NCBI GenBank assembly: GCA_028826165.1
Contig: JAPDFW010000074.1
Coordinates: 124,001 to 188,000 of the forward strand
DNA: 64,000 nt
Direction of reading: 5' to 3'
DNA from: Anaeramoeba ignava BMAN
Taxonomy: Eukaryota > Protista > Anaeramoebae
Shown here: in pieces, positions 49,237 to 60,641 of the stretch
Numbering within the stretch: the stretch's first letter is position 1
Layout of the letters: each line of letters opens with the position of its first letter
The notes under the pieces: model-generated
What the model was told of the DNA's origin: nothing
The model's database searches: none
What the model saw: the letters and a program-made list of their open reading frames with translations, nothing else
Position numbers and translations under genes: made by a program

Positions 49237-50457
49237 TTAATTTTGATCTTTTTCAATTTTCATAATTTGATCATTTTCATCATTTTGAAATTGATTTATA
49301 TTATTTTGAAATTGATTTTGAAAATGATTTTGAAATTGATTTTGAAATTGATTTTGAAATTGATTTGTATTATTTTGAAATTGATTTGTTTGATTTTGAA
49401 ATTGATTTGTTTGATTTTGAAATTGATTTGTTTGATTTTGAAATTGATTTGTTTGATTTTGAAATTGATTTGTTTGATTTTGAAATTGATTTGTTTGATT
49501 TTGAAATTGATTCTCAAAAACAATACGATTATTTCTCTGTTTAGGAATCCAATATGGAGAATCACTAGAATCAACTTCAACTTGATTAGATTGAGTATTT
49601 GTATTTAAAAAATTAACTGAATTAGCATAAGAAGTTAGAGAAGGTGAATCATTTTTCAACACTTTAATATTATTAATAACTCCAAAAGAAAAATAAGTGT
49701 TTTCTTTTCGAACTGAATTTTGAGGCAAATCAATATTTTCTGAAAATCTTTGATATCTTTTCGAATAATTTTGCTGATTGATATTTAAATCTTGAGAATC
49801 ATCTTTCAAAATTTGATTTGAGTTTTGATTGTGAATAATATTGTTTGAATAAGAAATATTTCTTGAAAATAATCCTTCTTGATTTTGAAATGAATTTCTT
49901 GTGTTTTCATTTAAAGATTGATCATAACGCCAAATAAAATGATTTTCATCATTATTATTTGATTGGATTTGTTGATCTCTGAAATTAGTGTTTAAATTAG
50001 AACTGTCTGGATTATTTCGTGAGTTGATGTCTGTATTAAATGGATTTGTTATGTTTCTATTGAAATTATCTGCTGAACTGTGCAATTTAGAAGTTTGAAG
50101 TGATTTTTGGTTATTTTGATTTTTTTCCGTTGAATTTAATTTTTCTTGATAAATTTTAATTTTGGAATTTTGCTTTTCAAATGAATTTTTAAATTGATGT
50201 GAATTTTGCTTATAAAATGTATTTTTAAATTCATTTCTTATTGGATTTATTAATATTTTCTCCTTTTCTTTTCTTTTTTCTGGTTTTTCTGGTTTTTCTG
50301 GTTTTTCTGGAATATTCATTTGTGTAAAAAAATTTATATCACTTTTTGGGGATTCATTTCTTGTTTTGATCATTTTTTTATTTATTGCTTGTCTTTTAAA
50401 TTCAAATTCATGTAGAAATGAAGGTTTTTTGTTTGAATGCTTTCTTTCATTGAACAT
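49237..50457 (-). CDS. Hypothetical N/Q-rich low-complexity protein with NQFQNQT heptad repeats
   Basis: 406-codon ATG ORF with coding-like composition, flanked by UTR-like A/T runs; no recognisable domain. Confidence 0.65.
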   Translation of the reverse strand: MFNERKHSNKKPSFLHEFEFKRQAINKKMIKTRNESPKSDINFFTQMNIPEKPEKPEKPEKRKEKEKILINPIRNEFKNTFYKQNSHQFKNSFEKQNSKIKIYQEKLNSTEKNQNNQKSLQTSKLHSSADNFNRNITNPFNTDINSRNNPDSSNLNTNFRDQQIQSNNNDENHFIWRYDQSLNENTRNSFQNQEGLFSRNISYSNNIIHNQNSNQILKDDSQDLNINQQNYSKRYQRFSENIDLPQNSVRKENTYFSFGVINNIKVLKNDSPSLTSYANSVNFLNTNTQSNQVEVDSSDSPYWIPKQRNNRIVFENQFQNQTNQFQNQTNQFQNQTNQFQNQTNQFQNQTNQFQNQTNQFQNNTNQFQNQFQNQFQNHFQNQFQNNINQFQNDENDQIMKIEKDQN

Positions 50458-50742
50458 TCGTAATTGTTTATAAAATTAACAAAAAAAATAATTAAAAAAA
50501 AAATTAAAAAAATGAAAAAAAAAAAAATAAAAAAAAATTTATTTCTCTTTTAAAAAAAAAAACACAAAAAAAAAATTATAAAAAAAAAATTAAAATTTGA
50601 AATGTCAAATATCAAATTTAAATTGAAATAATCATTTCAAATAAAAAACCTAATCATTTTGGAAAAGAAACGTTTTACAAAAAAAAATAACTTTTTCTTT
50701 AAAATAATATCAAAGTAAACTTAATAAAAACTTAATAAAACT

Positions 50743-51303
50743 TTAAAGATCTGAAATATTTGGAGTTTTAGAAAAATCAATTTGTTCAATATCAATTTTT
50801 TTTCCTTTTCTAGTTTTAATTTGTTCAGCAATTTCTTTTGTTTCTGGTTTTAAAAGTAAAGGTCTAAGAATTCTTCTCTATTTAAAAATAAAAATGAAAT
50901 TAAAAATAAAGATTAAAAAATTTGTTTTTTGTTTTTTTTTTTTTTTTTTTTTTGAGATCTAAAAAAAAAACAACAATAATATTTTGTTCTTATTTTGAAT
51001 TGTTAATTTCATTTGTTTTTGTTTTTTTACTCTGGCATTAATAAAAAAATTGTTTGCTTGAGCCATTGTGACATTTGCAAGTCCACATAAAAGCATTTTT
51101 TCTCCTCTTGTTGGATAAGGATTTTCAATATTATAAAATAACCAAATTAATAAAATTCTTTTACTATGAACTGTTAATGAAGGTGGGTTTCGTTGCTTTT
51201 TTGCTTGTTTTAGGTTTGTTGTTAATTTCATTTGTTCTTGTTCTTCTTCATCGTCAGATTCTTCTCTTGGTTTTCTTTTATGTGATTTTGTTGTTAATGA
51301 CAT
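50743..51303 (-). CDS. TALE-class homeodomain protein; exons 51303-51031 and 50877-50743
   Basis: The spliced sequence LLIWLFYNIENPYPTRGEKMLL...AQANNFFINARRRILRP contains the PYP loop and the FINARRR recognition helix. Confidence 0.88.
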
Positions 51304-51604
51304 TTATTATTTATTTTTTTTTTGTGTTTTTTTTTTTGGAAAGGAATTAAAAAAAAAAAAGATAAATGATAAACAAAGAAAAATGAAAAAGAATTGAAAA
51401 AAAAAAAATTAATAATAAATAGGGAAAACAGTTTTAGAACGTTTTTATGGGGGCATAACTAGTAAATAATTCGTGAGAAGTAAAATTAAAATTAATTAAA
51501 AAAAATAAAATAAAATAAAAAAGAAAAAAAAAGAAGAAATTTTTTTATTTTCTCCTTTTATTTTTTTTTTTCATTTTTTTCTTTTTTATTATTTTTTTTC
51601 CCAA

Positions 51605-54600
51605 ATGTTTTCTGTTGGAATTCTTAATCTAATAACTCCAACAAATCCTGATATATTTATTTCTCATCAAGAAAATGTTCATATTCTTTATTCTGCAATT
51701 CATTCTGTTGAACAAAAATTAATTATTACTTTAAATAATTGCATTCATTTAGAACTTGATTTGATTCAAAAAATACTTAATCTATATTATAATATTTTAT
51801 CTTTAGTTAATCCTCATGTTAATTCATCTATTATTCCTATTCAAAAATTTGATCATTTAGCTCAAACAAGTAATAATTTTATAAATAATTTTATATAGAA
51901 TTTTATAAATAATTTTATATATAATTTTATAAATAATTTTATAAATAATTTTATAAATAATTTTATAAATAATTTTATAAATAATTTTATAAATAATTTT
52001 ATAAATAATTTTATAAATAATTTTATAAATAATTTTATAAATAATTTTATAAATAATTTTATAAATAATTTTATAAATAATTTTATAAATAATTTTATAA
52101 ATAATTTTATAATTAATTTTATAAACAAATTTATTTAAAATTTATAAACAAATTTATAATTAAATTTATATTTAAATTTATTAATAATTTTATAAATAAT
52201 TTTATATATAATTTATAATTAATTTTATAAATAATTTTATAAATAATTTTATAAATAATTTTATATATTATTTTATAAACAATTTTATAAATAATTTTAT
52301 ATTTAATTTTATATTTAATTTTATAAACAATTTTATAAATAATTTTATAAATAATTTTATATTTAATTTTATAAATAATTTTATATTTAATTTTATAAAT
52401 AATTTTATTAATAATTTTATAAATAATTTTATATTTAATTTTATATTTAATTTTTATAAATAATTTTATAAATAATTTTATTAATAATTTTATAAATAAT
52501 TTTATAAATAATTTAATATTTAATTTTATATATAATTTTATATATAATTTTATATTTAACTTTATAAACAATTTTATAAACAATTTTATAAACAATTTTA
52601 TAAATAATTTTATAAATAATTTTATATTTAATTTTATAAACAATTTTATAATTAATTTTATAAATAATTTTATAAATAATTTTATAATTAATTTTATAAA
52701 CAAATTTATATATAATTTTATAAACAAATTTATATATAATTTTATAAACAAATTTATAAATAATTTTATAAACAAATTTATAAATAATTTTTATAAACAA
52801 ATTTATAAATAATATTATAAATAATTTTATATTTAATTTTATAAATAATATTATATTTAATTTTATAAATAATTTTATAAATAATTTATATACAATTTTA
52901 TAAACAATTTTATAAATAATTTTATTAATAATTTTATATATAATTTTATAAATAATTTTATTAATAATTTTATAAATAATTTTATAAATAATTTAATATT
53001 TAATTTTATATATAATTTTATAAATAATATTATATTTAATTTTATAAATAATTTTATAAATAATTTTATATACAATTTTATAAACAATTTTATAAACAAA
53101 TTTATAAATAATTTTATAAACAAATTTATAAATAATTTTATAAAACAATTTTATTAATAATTTTATAAATAATTTTATAAATAATTTTATAAACAATTTT
53201 ATTAATAATTTTATAAATAATTTTATAAACAATTTTATTAATAATTTTATAAATAATTTTATAAATAATTTTATTAATAATTTTATAAATAATTTTATAA
53301 ATAATTTTATAAATAAATTTATAAATAATTTTATATATAATTTTATAAACAATTTTATAAATAATTTTATAAATAATTTTATTAATAATTTTATATATAA
53401 TTTTATAAATAATTTTATAAATAATTTTATAAATAATTTTATTAATAATTTTATAAACAAATTTATTTAAAATTTATAAACAAATTTATAATTAAATTTA
53501 TAATTAAATTTATAAATAAATTTATAATTAAATTTTATAAATAATTTTATAAATAATTTTATAAATAATTTTTATAAATAATTTTATAATTAATTTTATA
53601 ATTAATTTTATAATTAATTTTATAAATAATTTTTATAAATAATTTTATAAATAATTTTATAATTAATTTTATAATTAATTTTATAAATAATTTTATATTT
53701 AATTTTATAAATAATTTTATAATTAATTTTTATATTTAATTTTATATATAATTTTATAAATAATTTTATAAATAATTTTATAAATAATTTTATATATAAT
53801 TTTATAAATAATTTTATATATAATTTTATAAATAATTTTATAAACAAATTTATTTAAAATTTATAAATAATTTTATATATAATTTTATATATAATTTTAT
53901 ATATAATTTTATAAATAATTTTATAAATAATTTTATAAATAATTTTATAAATAATTTTATAAACAAATTTATAATTAAATTTATAATTAAATTAATAATT
54001 AATTTTATAAATAATTTTATATATAATTTTTATAATTAATTTTATAAATAATTTAATAAATAATTTTTATAAATAATTTAATAAATAATTTTTATAAATA
54101 ATTTTATAATTAATTTTATAAATAATTTTATAAATAATTTTATAAATAATTTTATAAATAATTTTATAAATAATTTTATAAATAATTTTATAAATAATTT
54201 TATATAATTTTATAAATAAATTTATTTAAAATTTATAAATAATTTTATAAAACAATTTTATAAACAATTTTATATATAATTTTATAAATAAATTTATTTA
54301 AAATTTTATAATTAATTTTATAAATAATTTTATAAACAAATTAATAATTAATTTTATATATAATTTTATATAATTTTATAAATAATTTTATAAACAATTT
54401 TATAAATAATTTTATAAATAATTTTATAAATAATATTATAAATAATTTTATAAACAATTTTATAAACAAATTTATAAATAATTTTATAAACAATTTTATA
54501 AATAATTTTATAAACAAATTTATTTAAAATTTTATTAATAATTTAATAATTAATTTTATAATTAATTTTATAAATAAATTTATAAATAATTTTATAAATA

Positions 54601-56450
54601 ATTTAATAAATAATTTTATAAATAATTTTATAAATAATTTTATAAATAATTTTATAAATAATTTTATAAATAATTTTATAAACAATTTTATAAAACAATT
54701 TTATAAATAATTTTATAAATAATTTTATAATTAATTTAATAAATAATTTTATAAATAATTTTATAAACAATTTTATAATTAATTTTATAAATAATTTTAT
54801 TAATAATTTTATATTTAATTTTATATATAATTTTTAATTTTATATTTAATTTTATAAATAATTTTATAAATAATTTTATAAATAATTTTATAAATAATTT
54901 TATAAATAATTTTATAAATAATTTTATAAACAATTTTATAAACAATTTTATAAATAATTTTATAAATAATTTTATAATTAATTTTTATATAATTTTATAA
55001 ATAATTTTATAATTAATTTTTATAAATAAATTTTATAAATAATTTTATAAATAATTTAATAAAAATAATTTAATAAATAATTTTATAATTAATTTTATAA
55101 ATAATTTTATAATTAATTTTATAAATAATTTTATAATTAATTTTATAAATAATTTTATAATTAATTTTTATAATTTTAATTTTATATTTAATTTTATATT
55201 TAATTTTATATTTAATTTTATAATTAATTTTATAAATAATTTTTATAAATAATTTAATAAATAATTTTATAATTAATTTTATAATTAATTTTATAAACAA
55301 ATTTATTTAAAATTTTATAAACAAATTTATTTAAAATTTATTTAAAATTTATTTAAAATTTATTTAAAATTTTATAATTAATTTTATAAATAATTTTAGT
55401 GGAAGATCTTGATGTTATTTTTGGAACTACTTCAAATTTAGAAGGTATAAGATATACTTATTATTTATTAACAAAAAAATTTTTTTTTGTATTCTAATTC
55501 ATCTTTAATTCTTTATTTTAATAAGAATATAAAACTCAAATAATTGAAATTAATGAAATCAGATCTAAAAATTCGTTAAAACCATTAAAATTTTATTTAT
55601 GTGAAAAACAAGGAATGAATTTAACAATTTCTGTTGATAATTTAAGCACATGGAATCAAGAAATTATTGAAAAGGAAGAAGAAATATTAAAACCAGAAAA
55701 TCGTAAAAGAAAAATTTAATTGAAAAAATTTTTTTCCGATTTTTATTTTTATCATAATTATAAAAAAATTCTTTAGTTCAAATACAACATCCTACATTTG
55801 ATGGTGTTGTTCTTGGTGGAACTTTTGATCGTTTACATGCTGGTCATCGTGCTTTGCTAACAATAGCTGCTTTAATAGCAAATAAAAGATTATTAATTGG
55901 AATTACAAGTAAAAAGAAGATATTAAATAAAATTTATAATTATTATTCATTATTTATTTTGAAATGAAAATTTAAAAAGGTGGAAAATTTCTTCTTGGAA
56001 ATAAACTTCATGCAAATATGATTCAACCTTTTGATGTTAGAGTGAATGCAGTTGTTCAATTTATTTCATTAATTAAACCTGGATTAATTCTTGATGTAAA
56101 ATTTAATTATAAAAATTTAATTATAAAAATTTTAATTGAAAAATTTAAAGACAATTAGACTCACAGATCCATTTGGAGAATCAAAAACAGATCCAAATGT
56201 TCAAGCTATTGTTGTTAGTGAAGAAACAAGAAAATCAGCTCAAAAACTTAATGAAATTCGAATTGGAAATAATCTTCAAGCTTTAGAAATTGTTGTTATT
56301 GATTATGTTCAAGGTTTTGCTTATGTTGGAAATGAAGATTTTAAACTTAGTTCAAGTTATTTTAGACATCAAGAATGGGTTCAATCACAAAAAAAATTAT
56401 TAAGAAAAGGAAAACAAAAACAATTACTTAAAGAATCAAAATTGATTTAA
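51605..56450 (+). CDS. Phosphopantetheine adenylyltransferase (eukaryotic/archaeal type, Cab4/COASY PPAT domain); exons 51605-51869, 55400-55444, 55526-55702, 55777-55908, 55980-56095, 56151-56450
   Basis: VVLGGTFDRLHAGH, IQPFDVR, LTDPFG, AIVVSEET, LNEIR and KLSSS motifs; five phase-compatible introns. Confidence 0.9.
51872..55397. repeat. 3.5-kb intronic 12-bp satellite (TTTTATAAATAA/TTTTATAAACAA)
   Basis: Fills intron 51870-55399. Confidence 0.93.
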
Positions 56451-56765
56451 AACAGATAAAAAAATATAATTTCAAATTATTGATTTTTATCTTTATAATC
56501 TTTTTGTATTGATTAAGGATGTTCCTTTGAATTATTTCCATTTTGAATTTTAAGTTGAATTTTAATTTGAATTCAATTTTCTTTTTCTTTTTTTAAGTTG
56601 AAATTAAAATAAATTTTAAAATGATTTGATTTAAATTTTGTTTTGTTTTTATTTAAAGAAAAAAGAAAAAAGAAAAAAGAAGAATTTGTTGGTTTTTTGT
56701 TCCACTTTTGTTTTAAAAAAAAAAAAACAAAACAAAAGTGTTTTTGAAATTGTTTCCAATTCATT

Positions 56766-57845
56766 TTAATTTGTTGAAATTTTTTTTTGATTGAAAATTT
56801 GATGATAATAAATGACTTCAAGAAAATGATAAGAAATTGCATTAAGATTTTTAATTTTTTCAATTTTAAGAGGATTAAGAGAATGTGATTTTTTATTAAA
56901 ACGAGCAAAAATTTGAACATAATCACCTTCTTGAAGAGAATCACTTTGATTCATTTCAAGATCAAATATTTTTAATTGAATCATAGCAGTTCCATCATCT
57001 AAAAGAAGCATTGGAAATGGTTGTTGATGAAATAGAACAAGATGTCCAATAAATGAAAAAATAAATTCATCTAATTCTTCTTCTTGTTCATTTGTGATGT
57101 TTTGTGTTTTCTTAAGTAAAATTCTAATTGAACAAGGGAAGATATTTTTTGATCTAATTTGAGTTTTTTTAGCTTGTTCTTGATTGAATTCAGTTTGTTC
57201 TTGTTCTTGGTATTGATTTAATTGGTTTTGAAATGAATTAAATTGATTTTCATTTTGATTTTGATTTTGAAATGAATTTGGATTTAATTGATTTTGATTT
57301 AATTGATTTTGATTTAATTGATTTTGATTTAATTGATTTTGATTTAATTGATTTGGATTTAATTGATTTGGATTTAATTGATTTGGATTTGGATTAAATT
57401 GATTTTGATTTAATTGATTTTGATTAAATTGATTTTGATTTTGATTAAATTGATTTTGATTTGGATTAAATTGATTTTGATTTTGAAATGGATTTGAATT
57501 TAATTGATTTTGATTTTGAAATGGATTTGAATTTAATTGATTTTGATTAAATTGATTTTCATTTGAATTTAATTGATTTTGATTTTGATTAAATTGATTT
57601 GGATTTTGAAATGGATTTGAATTTAATTGATTTTGATTTTGATTTTGATTAAATTGATTTTGATTAAATTGATTTGGATTTTGATTTAATTGATTTTGAA
57701 ATGAATTGGGATTAATTTGTTGTGCTAATCTTGTTTGTGGTTGTATTCTTTGGTTTTGAGAATATTTTTGAGGTGTTTTTGTTTGAATTAAATTGTTTTG
57801 TGTATTTAAAAATGGATTATAAGATTGTAAAGCAATTTGACTCAT
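56766..57845 (-). CDS. RPA32/Stn1-like OB-fold protein with long N/Q-rich N-terminus
   Basis: IFPCSIRIL, LLDDGTAMI, EGDYVQIFA and NAISYHFLEVIYYH motifs are typical of the RPA32 OB fold. Confidence 0.72.
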   Translation of the reverse strand: MSQIALQSYNPFLNTQNNLIQTKTPQKYSQNQRIQPQTRLAQQINPNSFQNQLNQNPNQFNQNQFNQNQNQNQLNSNPFQNPNQFNQNQNQLNSNENQFNQNQLNSNPFQNQNQLNSNPFQNQNQFNPNQNQFNQNQNQFNQNQLNQNQFNPNPNQLNPNQLNPNQLNQNQLNQNQLNQNQLNQNQLNPNSFQNQNQNENQFNSFQNQLNQYQEQEQTEFNQEQAKKTQIRSKNIFPCSIRILLKKTQNITNEQEEELDEFIFSFIGHLVLFHQQPFPMLLLDDGTAMIQLKIFDLEMNQSDSLQEGDYVQIFARFNKKSHSLNPLKIEKIKNLNAISYHFLEVIYYHQIFNQKKISTN

Positions 57846-58701
57846 TTTTGTTGATTGTTTTTGTGTTTTATAAAAAAAAATAAAAAAAAATATAAAAGAA
57901 TAAAAAAAGAATTTATTTTTTTGTTGATTGAAAAATGAATTAAAAAAAATTTTTTCAATTTCTTTTATATTATTTCTTTTTTTTTTTTTTAAAAGGAGAA
58001 AAAAAAAAATTTAAATAAAAAAAATTTTTTAAATAAGAAAAGGAGAAAATTTTGATCTCCAGTTTTGTTTATTTAATTTTAATTTTAAATTCAATTTTAA
58101 ATTTGAATTAAATTTAATTTTAATTTTAATTTAAAGTTTTGAATTTAAATTTTTTAATTCAAATTATATTAAATTAATTTAAAAAAGGATCTATAACTGA
58201 AATTAAATTTTTTCTTCTTTTTGTTTTTTTTATTTATCATCTTTTTTGATCAAGTTTTATTATTTTTGATCCAATAGATCAAATAAACTTAAAAATAAAA
58301 GAATAATTAATTGTAATAATTAATTCTTATAATTTTTCAATTATTTTATAATTATATTTTTAATTATATTTTTAAATTATTTTTTAAATTATATTTTTAA
58401 TTATATTTAAAATAATTTAACAATAAAATAATTCAGAATAAATTTATATAAAAGATTCAGAATCACGATCTTCAATTTGATTTTGATTATTTTGAAAAAA
58501 ATTAAACCCTCAAAAAAAACAAAAAAAAAAAAAAAAAATTTTATTTAAAAAAAAAATAAAAAAAAATTAAATAGTAAATGGATCATTTTTCTTTTTACAA
58601 AAGAATTATTTTTTTATATTACTTTATTATTTTTCCTTTTTTAATTATTTTTTTTTCTTTCTTCCACATTTTTTTTGTCTTATTTTAATAATAGAGAAAC
58701 A

Positions 58702-60441
58702 ATGAGAAACATGTCTCTTTCAGAAACAATAAAAATAACTTATCATAAAGAAAAAAAAGAAAAACGTTTAAATCAATACATAATAGGATCCTTATTAGGA
58801 GAAGGTTCATATGGCAAAGTAAATGTAGCTTTAGATTCAGAAACAAAAGAATTAGTAGCAATCAAAAAAATGCGCAAATCCCAATTAAATAAAATTCCCG
58901 GCGGAATGGAAAACGTTCGAAAAGAAATTGAAATTATGAAGAAACTTCATCATCCAAATGTCATTAAATTACTTGAAGTTATTGAGCCTGAAGACAAACC
59001 TAATATTTATCTTGTTCTTGAGTTTGCTGACGGTTGTTCTGTTTGGGATCTTCTTGAGTCCGTTTATGACAAAATTGTTCCTGCTCGAAATCTTCAATCA
59101 GATTCTGAATTGGATTTTGATAACAATTTCCAATCAACGTTCAGTTTGAATTTGAGCTTTGGTGCCAATGCCAATTTGAATTCTTTCTCAGATCTCACTT
59201 TGAATAACTTCTCAAGACCGACTTTGCATTCAAAAATCGATTTGGCTTTTAATTCCCCATCAATGACAACATCAACGCCAAATTCAATTTCGCTATCAAA
59301 TTCAAATTTGAATTCAAATCTCAACTCAAATTCAACATCAATTTCAATGGATAATTTGCCTCAGAACTTGAAGAAATCAAAGCCAAGTAAAAGTAAAATC
59401 CAAAAAAGTAAAAGTCAAATTCAAAAAAAGAGCCAAGATAAATCAAAACAAAATCAACCACCAATTCCAGTTCCAATTCCAGTTACAAGTCAAAGTCAAC
59501 ATCAAAGTCCAAGAAAACCGAAGAAAAACCAACACAAAAAAATTACGATTCAAACACCACAAGACCAAAGTGAAATTGAACTCAAAGAGAATCAAAGTCA
59601 GATCAAAGAGAATAAAAGTCAGATCAAAGAGAATAAAAGTCGAATTCAACCACAATTTCCAATTGAAAATGAAATTTCTCGTTTTCATTTTGTTCATCAA
59701 ACAAAAAAACTTCCGTTACCTCAAATCAGACAAATTCTATATCAAACAGCAAACGGATTAGAATATTTACACGAACAAGGAATTATTCATCGAGATATCA
59801 AGCCTTCAAACCTTCTTCTAACGTCCAAAGGAGAAATCAAAATATCTGATTTTGGCGTTTCTGAATTGATCCAAAACATGGAATCAAAAACAATTTCCAA
59901 AAAAGACATAATAGAAGTAACATCCTCAGGCTCGCCCGCATTTCAATCACCCGAAATAACAAAAGGCAAAGAATTTGTTCGCGGTTTCAAGTCCGATGTC
60001 TGGGCAATGGGAATTAGCTTCTACATAATGTTGACAGGAAAAATTCCATTTTCGGGTCGAAATGTTTATGATTTATTTCTTAATATTTCAAAATGTGATT
60101 TGCCTATTCCTGAAGATATTCATCCTCTTGCAATGGATTTACTTCTTAAAATGCTTGTTCCTGATGAACAAAAACGTATTTCTATCCACCAAATTTTGGA
60201 ACATCCCTTAATGTCAGTTGAACTTCCTTTTGAATCTTTAACTGAAATTCCCAAGTTTAATTATAAATTTCCTTTTAATAAAAATATTAATGATCCAAAT
60301 TTCAATTCTGATGATTATGATTCAAAACCTATTGATTGGAAACAACAAAAATTAGCTGAAGAGAAAATTAAAAGATTTTCTGAAATAAATCAATCTCAAG
60401 TTATTGATAATAAGAATAAATCGTGTTGCATTATTATTTAG
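58702..60441 (+). CDS. STK11: LKB1/STK11-like kinase with ~200-aa insert and C-terminal CaaX (CCIII)
   Basis: LGEGSYGKV.ALDSET, KIPGGMENVRKEI, LEYLHEQGIIHRDIKPSNLLLT, SSGSPAFQSPEI, GFKSDVW and PFSGRNVYDLF. A probable 5'-UTR intron spans 58574-58694. Confidence 0.82.
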   Translation: MRNMSLSETIKITYHKEKKEKRLNQYIIGSLLGEGSYGKVNVALDSETKELVAIKKMRKSQLNKIPGGMENVRKEIEIMKKLHHPNVIKLLEVIEPEDKPNIYLVLEFADGCSVWDLLESVYDKIVPARNLQSDSELDFDNNFQSTFSLNLSFGANANLNSFSDLTLNNFSRPTLHSKIDLAFNSPSMTTSTPNSISLSNSNLNSNLNSNSTSISMDNLPQNLKKSKPSKSKIQKSKSQIQKKSQDKSKQNQPPIPVPIPVTSQSQHQSPRKPKKNQHKKITIQTPQDQSEIELKENQSQIKENKSQIKENKSRIQPQFPIENEISRFHFVHQTKKLPLPQIRQILYQTANGLEYLHEQGIIHRDIKPSNLLLTSKGEIKISDFGVSELIQNMESKTISKKDIIEVTSSGSPAFQSPEITKGKEFVRGFKSDVWAMGISFYIMLTGKIPFSGRNVYDLFLNISKCDLPIPEDIHPLAMDLLLKMLVPDEQKRISIHQILEHPLMSVELPFESLTEIPKFNYKFPFNKNINDPNFNSDDYDSKPIDWKQQKLAEEKIKRFSEINQSQVIDNKNKSCCIII

Positions 60442-60641
60442 AAGGCAAAACTTTGTTTTCTTGTTTTCTTTTTTTCTTCAATTTCTTTTTTTTTTTTGAA
60501 GGTTGTTTATGTTTGAATTTTAATTTTGTTTTTTAAATTAAATTTTTTAAAAAAAAAAAATTTCATTTTTTCCTTTTTAATTTCTTTTAAAAATAATTTT
60601 ATAAATTAATTTTTTAACATTTTTAAATTATTAAATTATTT

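Noticed and set aside
59059-59703. Kinase insert ending in VHQ|T as a possible intein
   Set aside because: No intein block A or TxxH block B and no endonuclease motifs; the segment is low-complexity and disordered.
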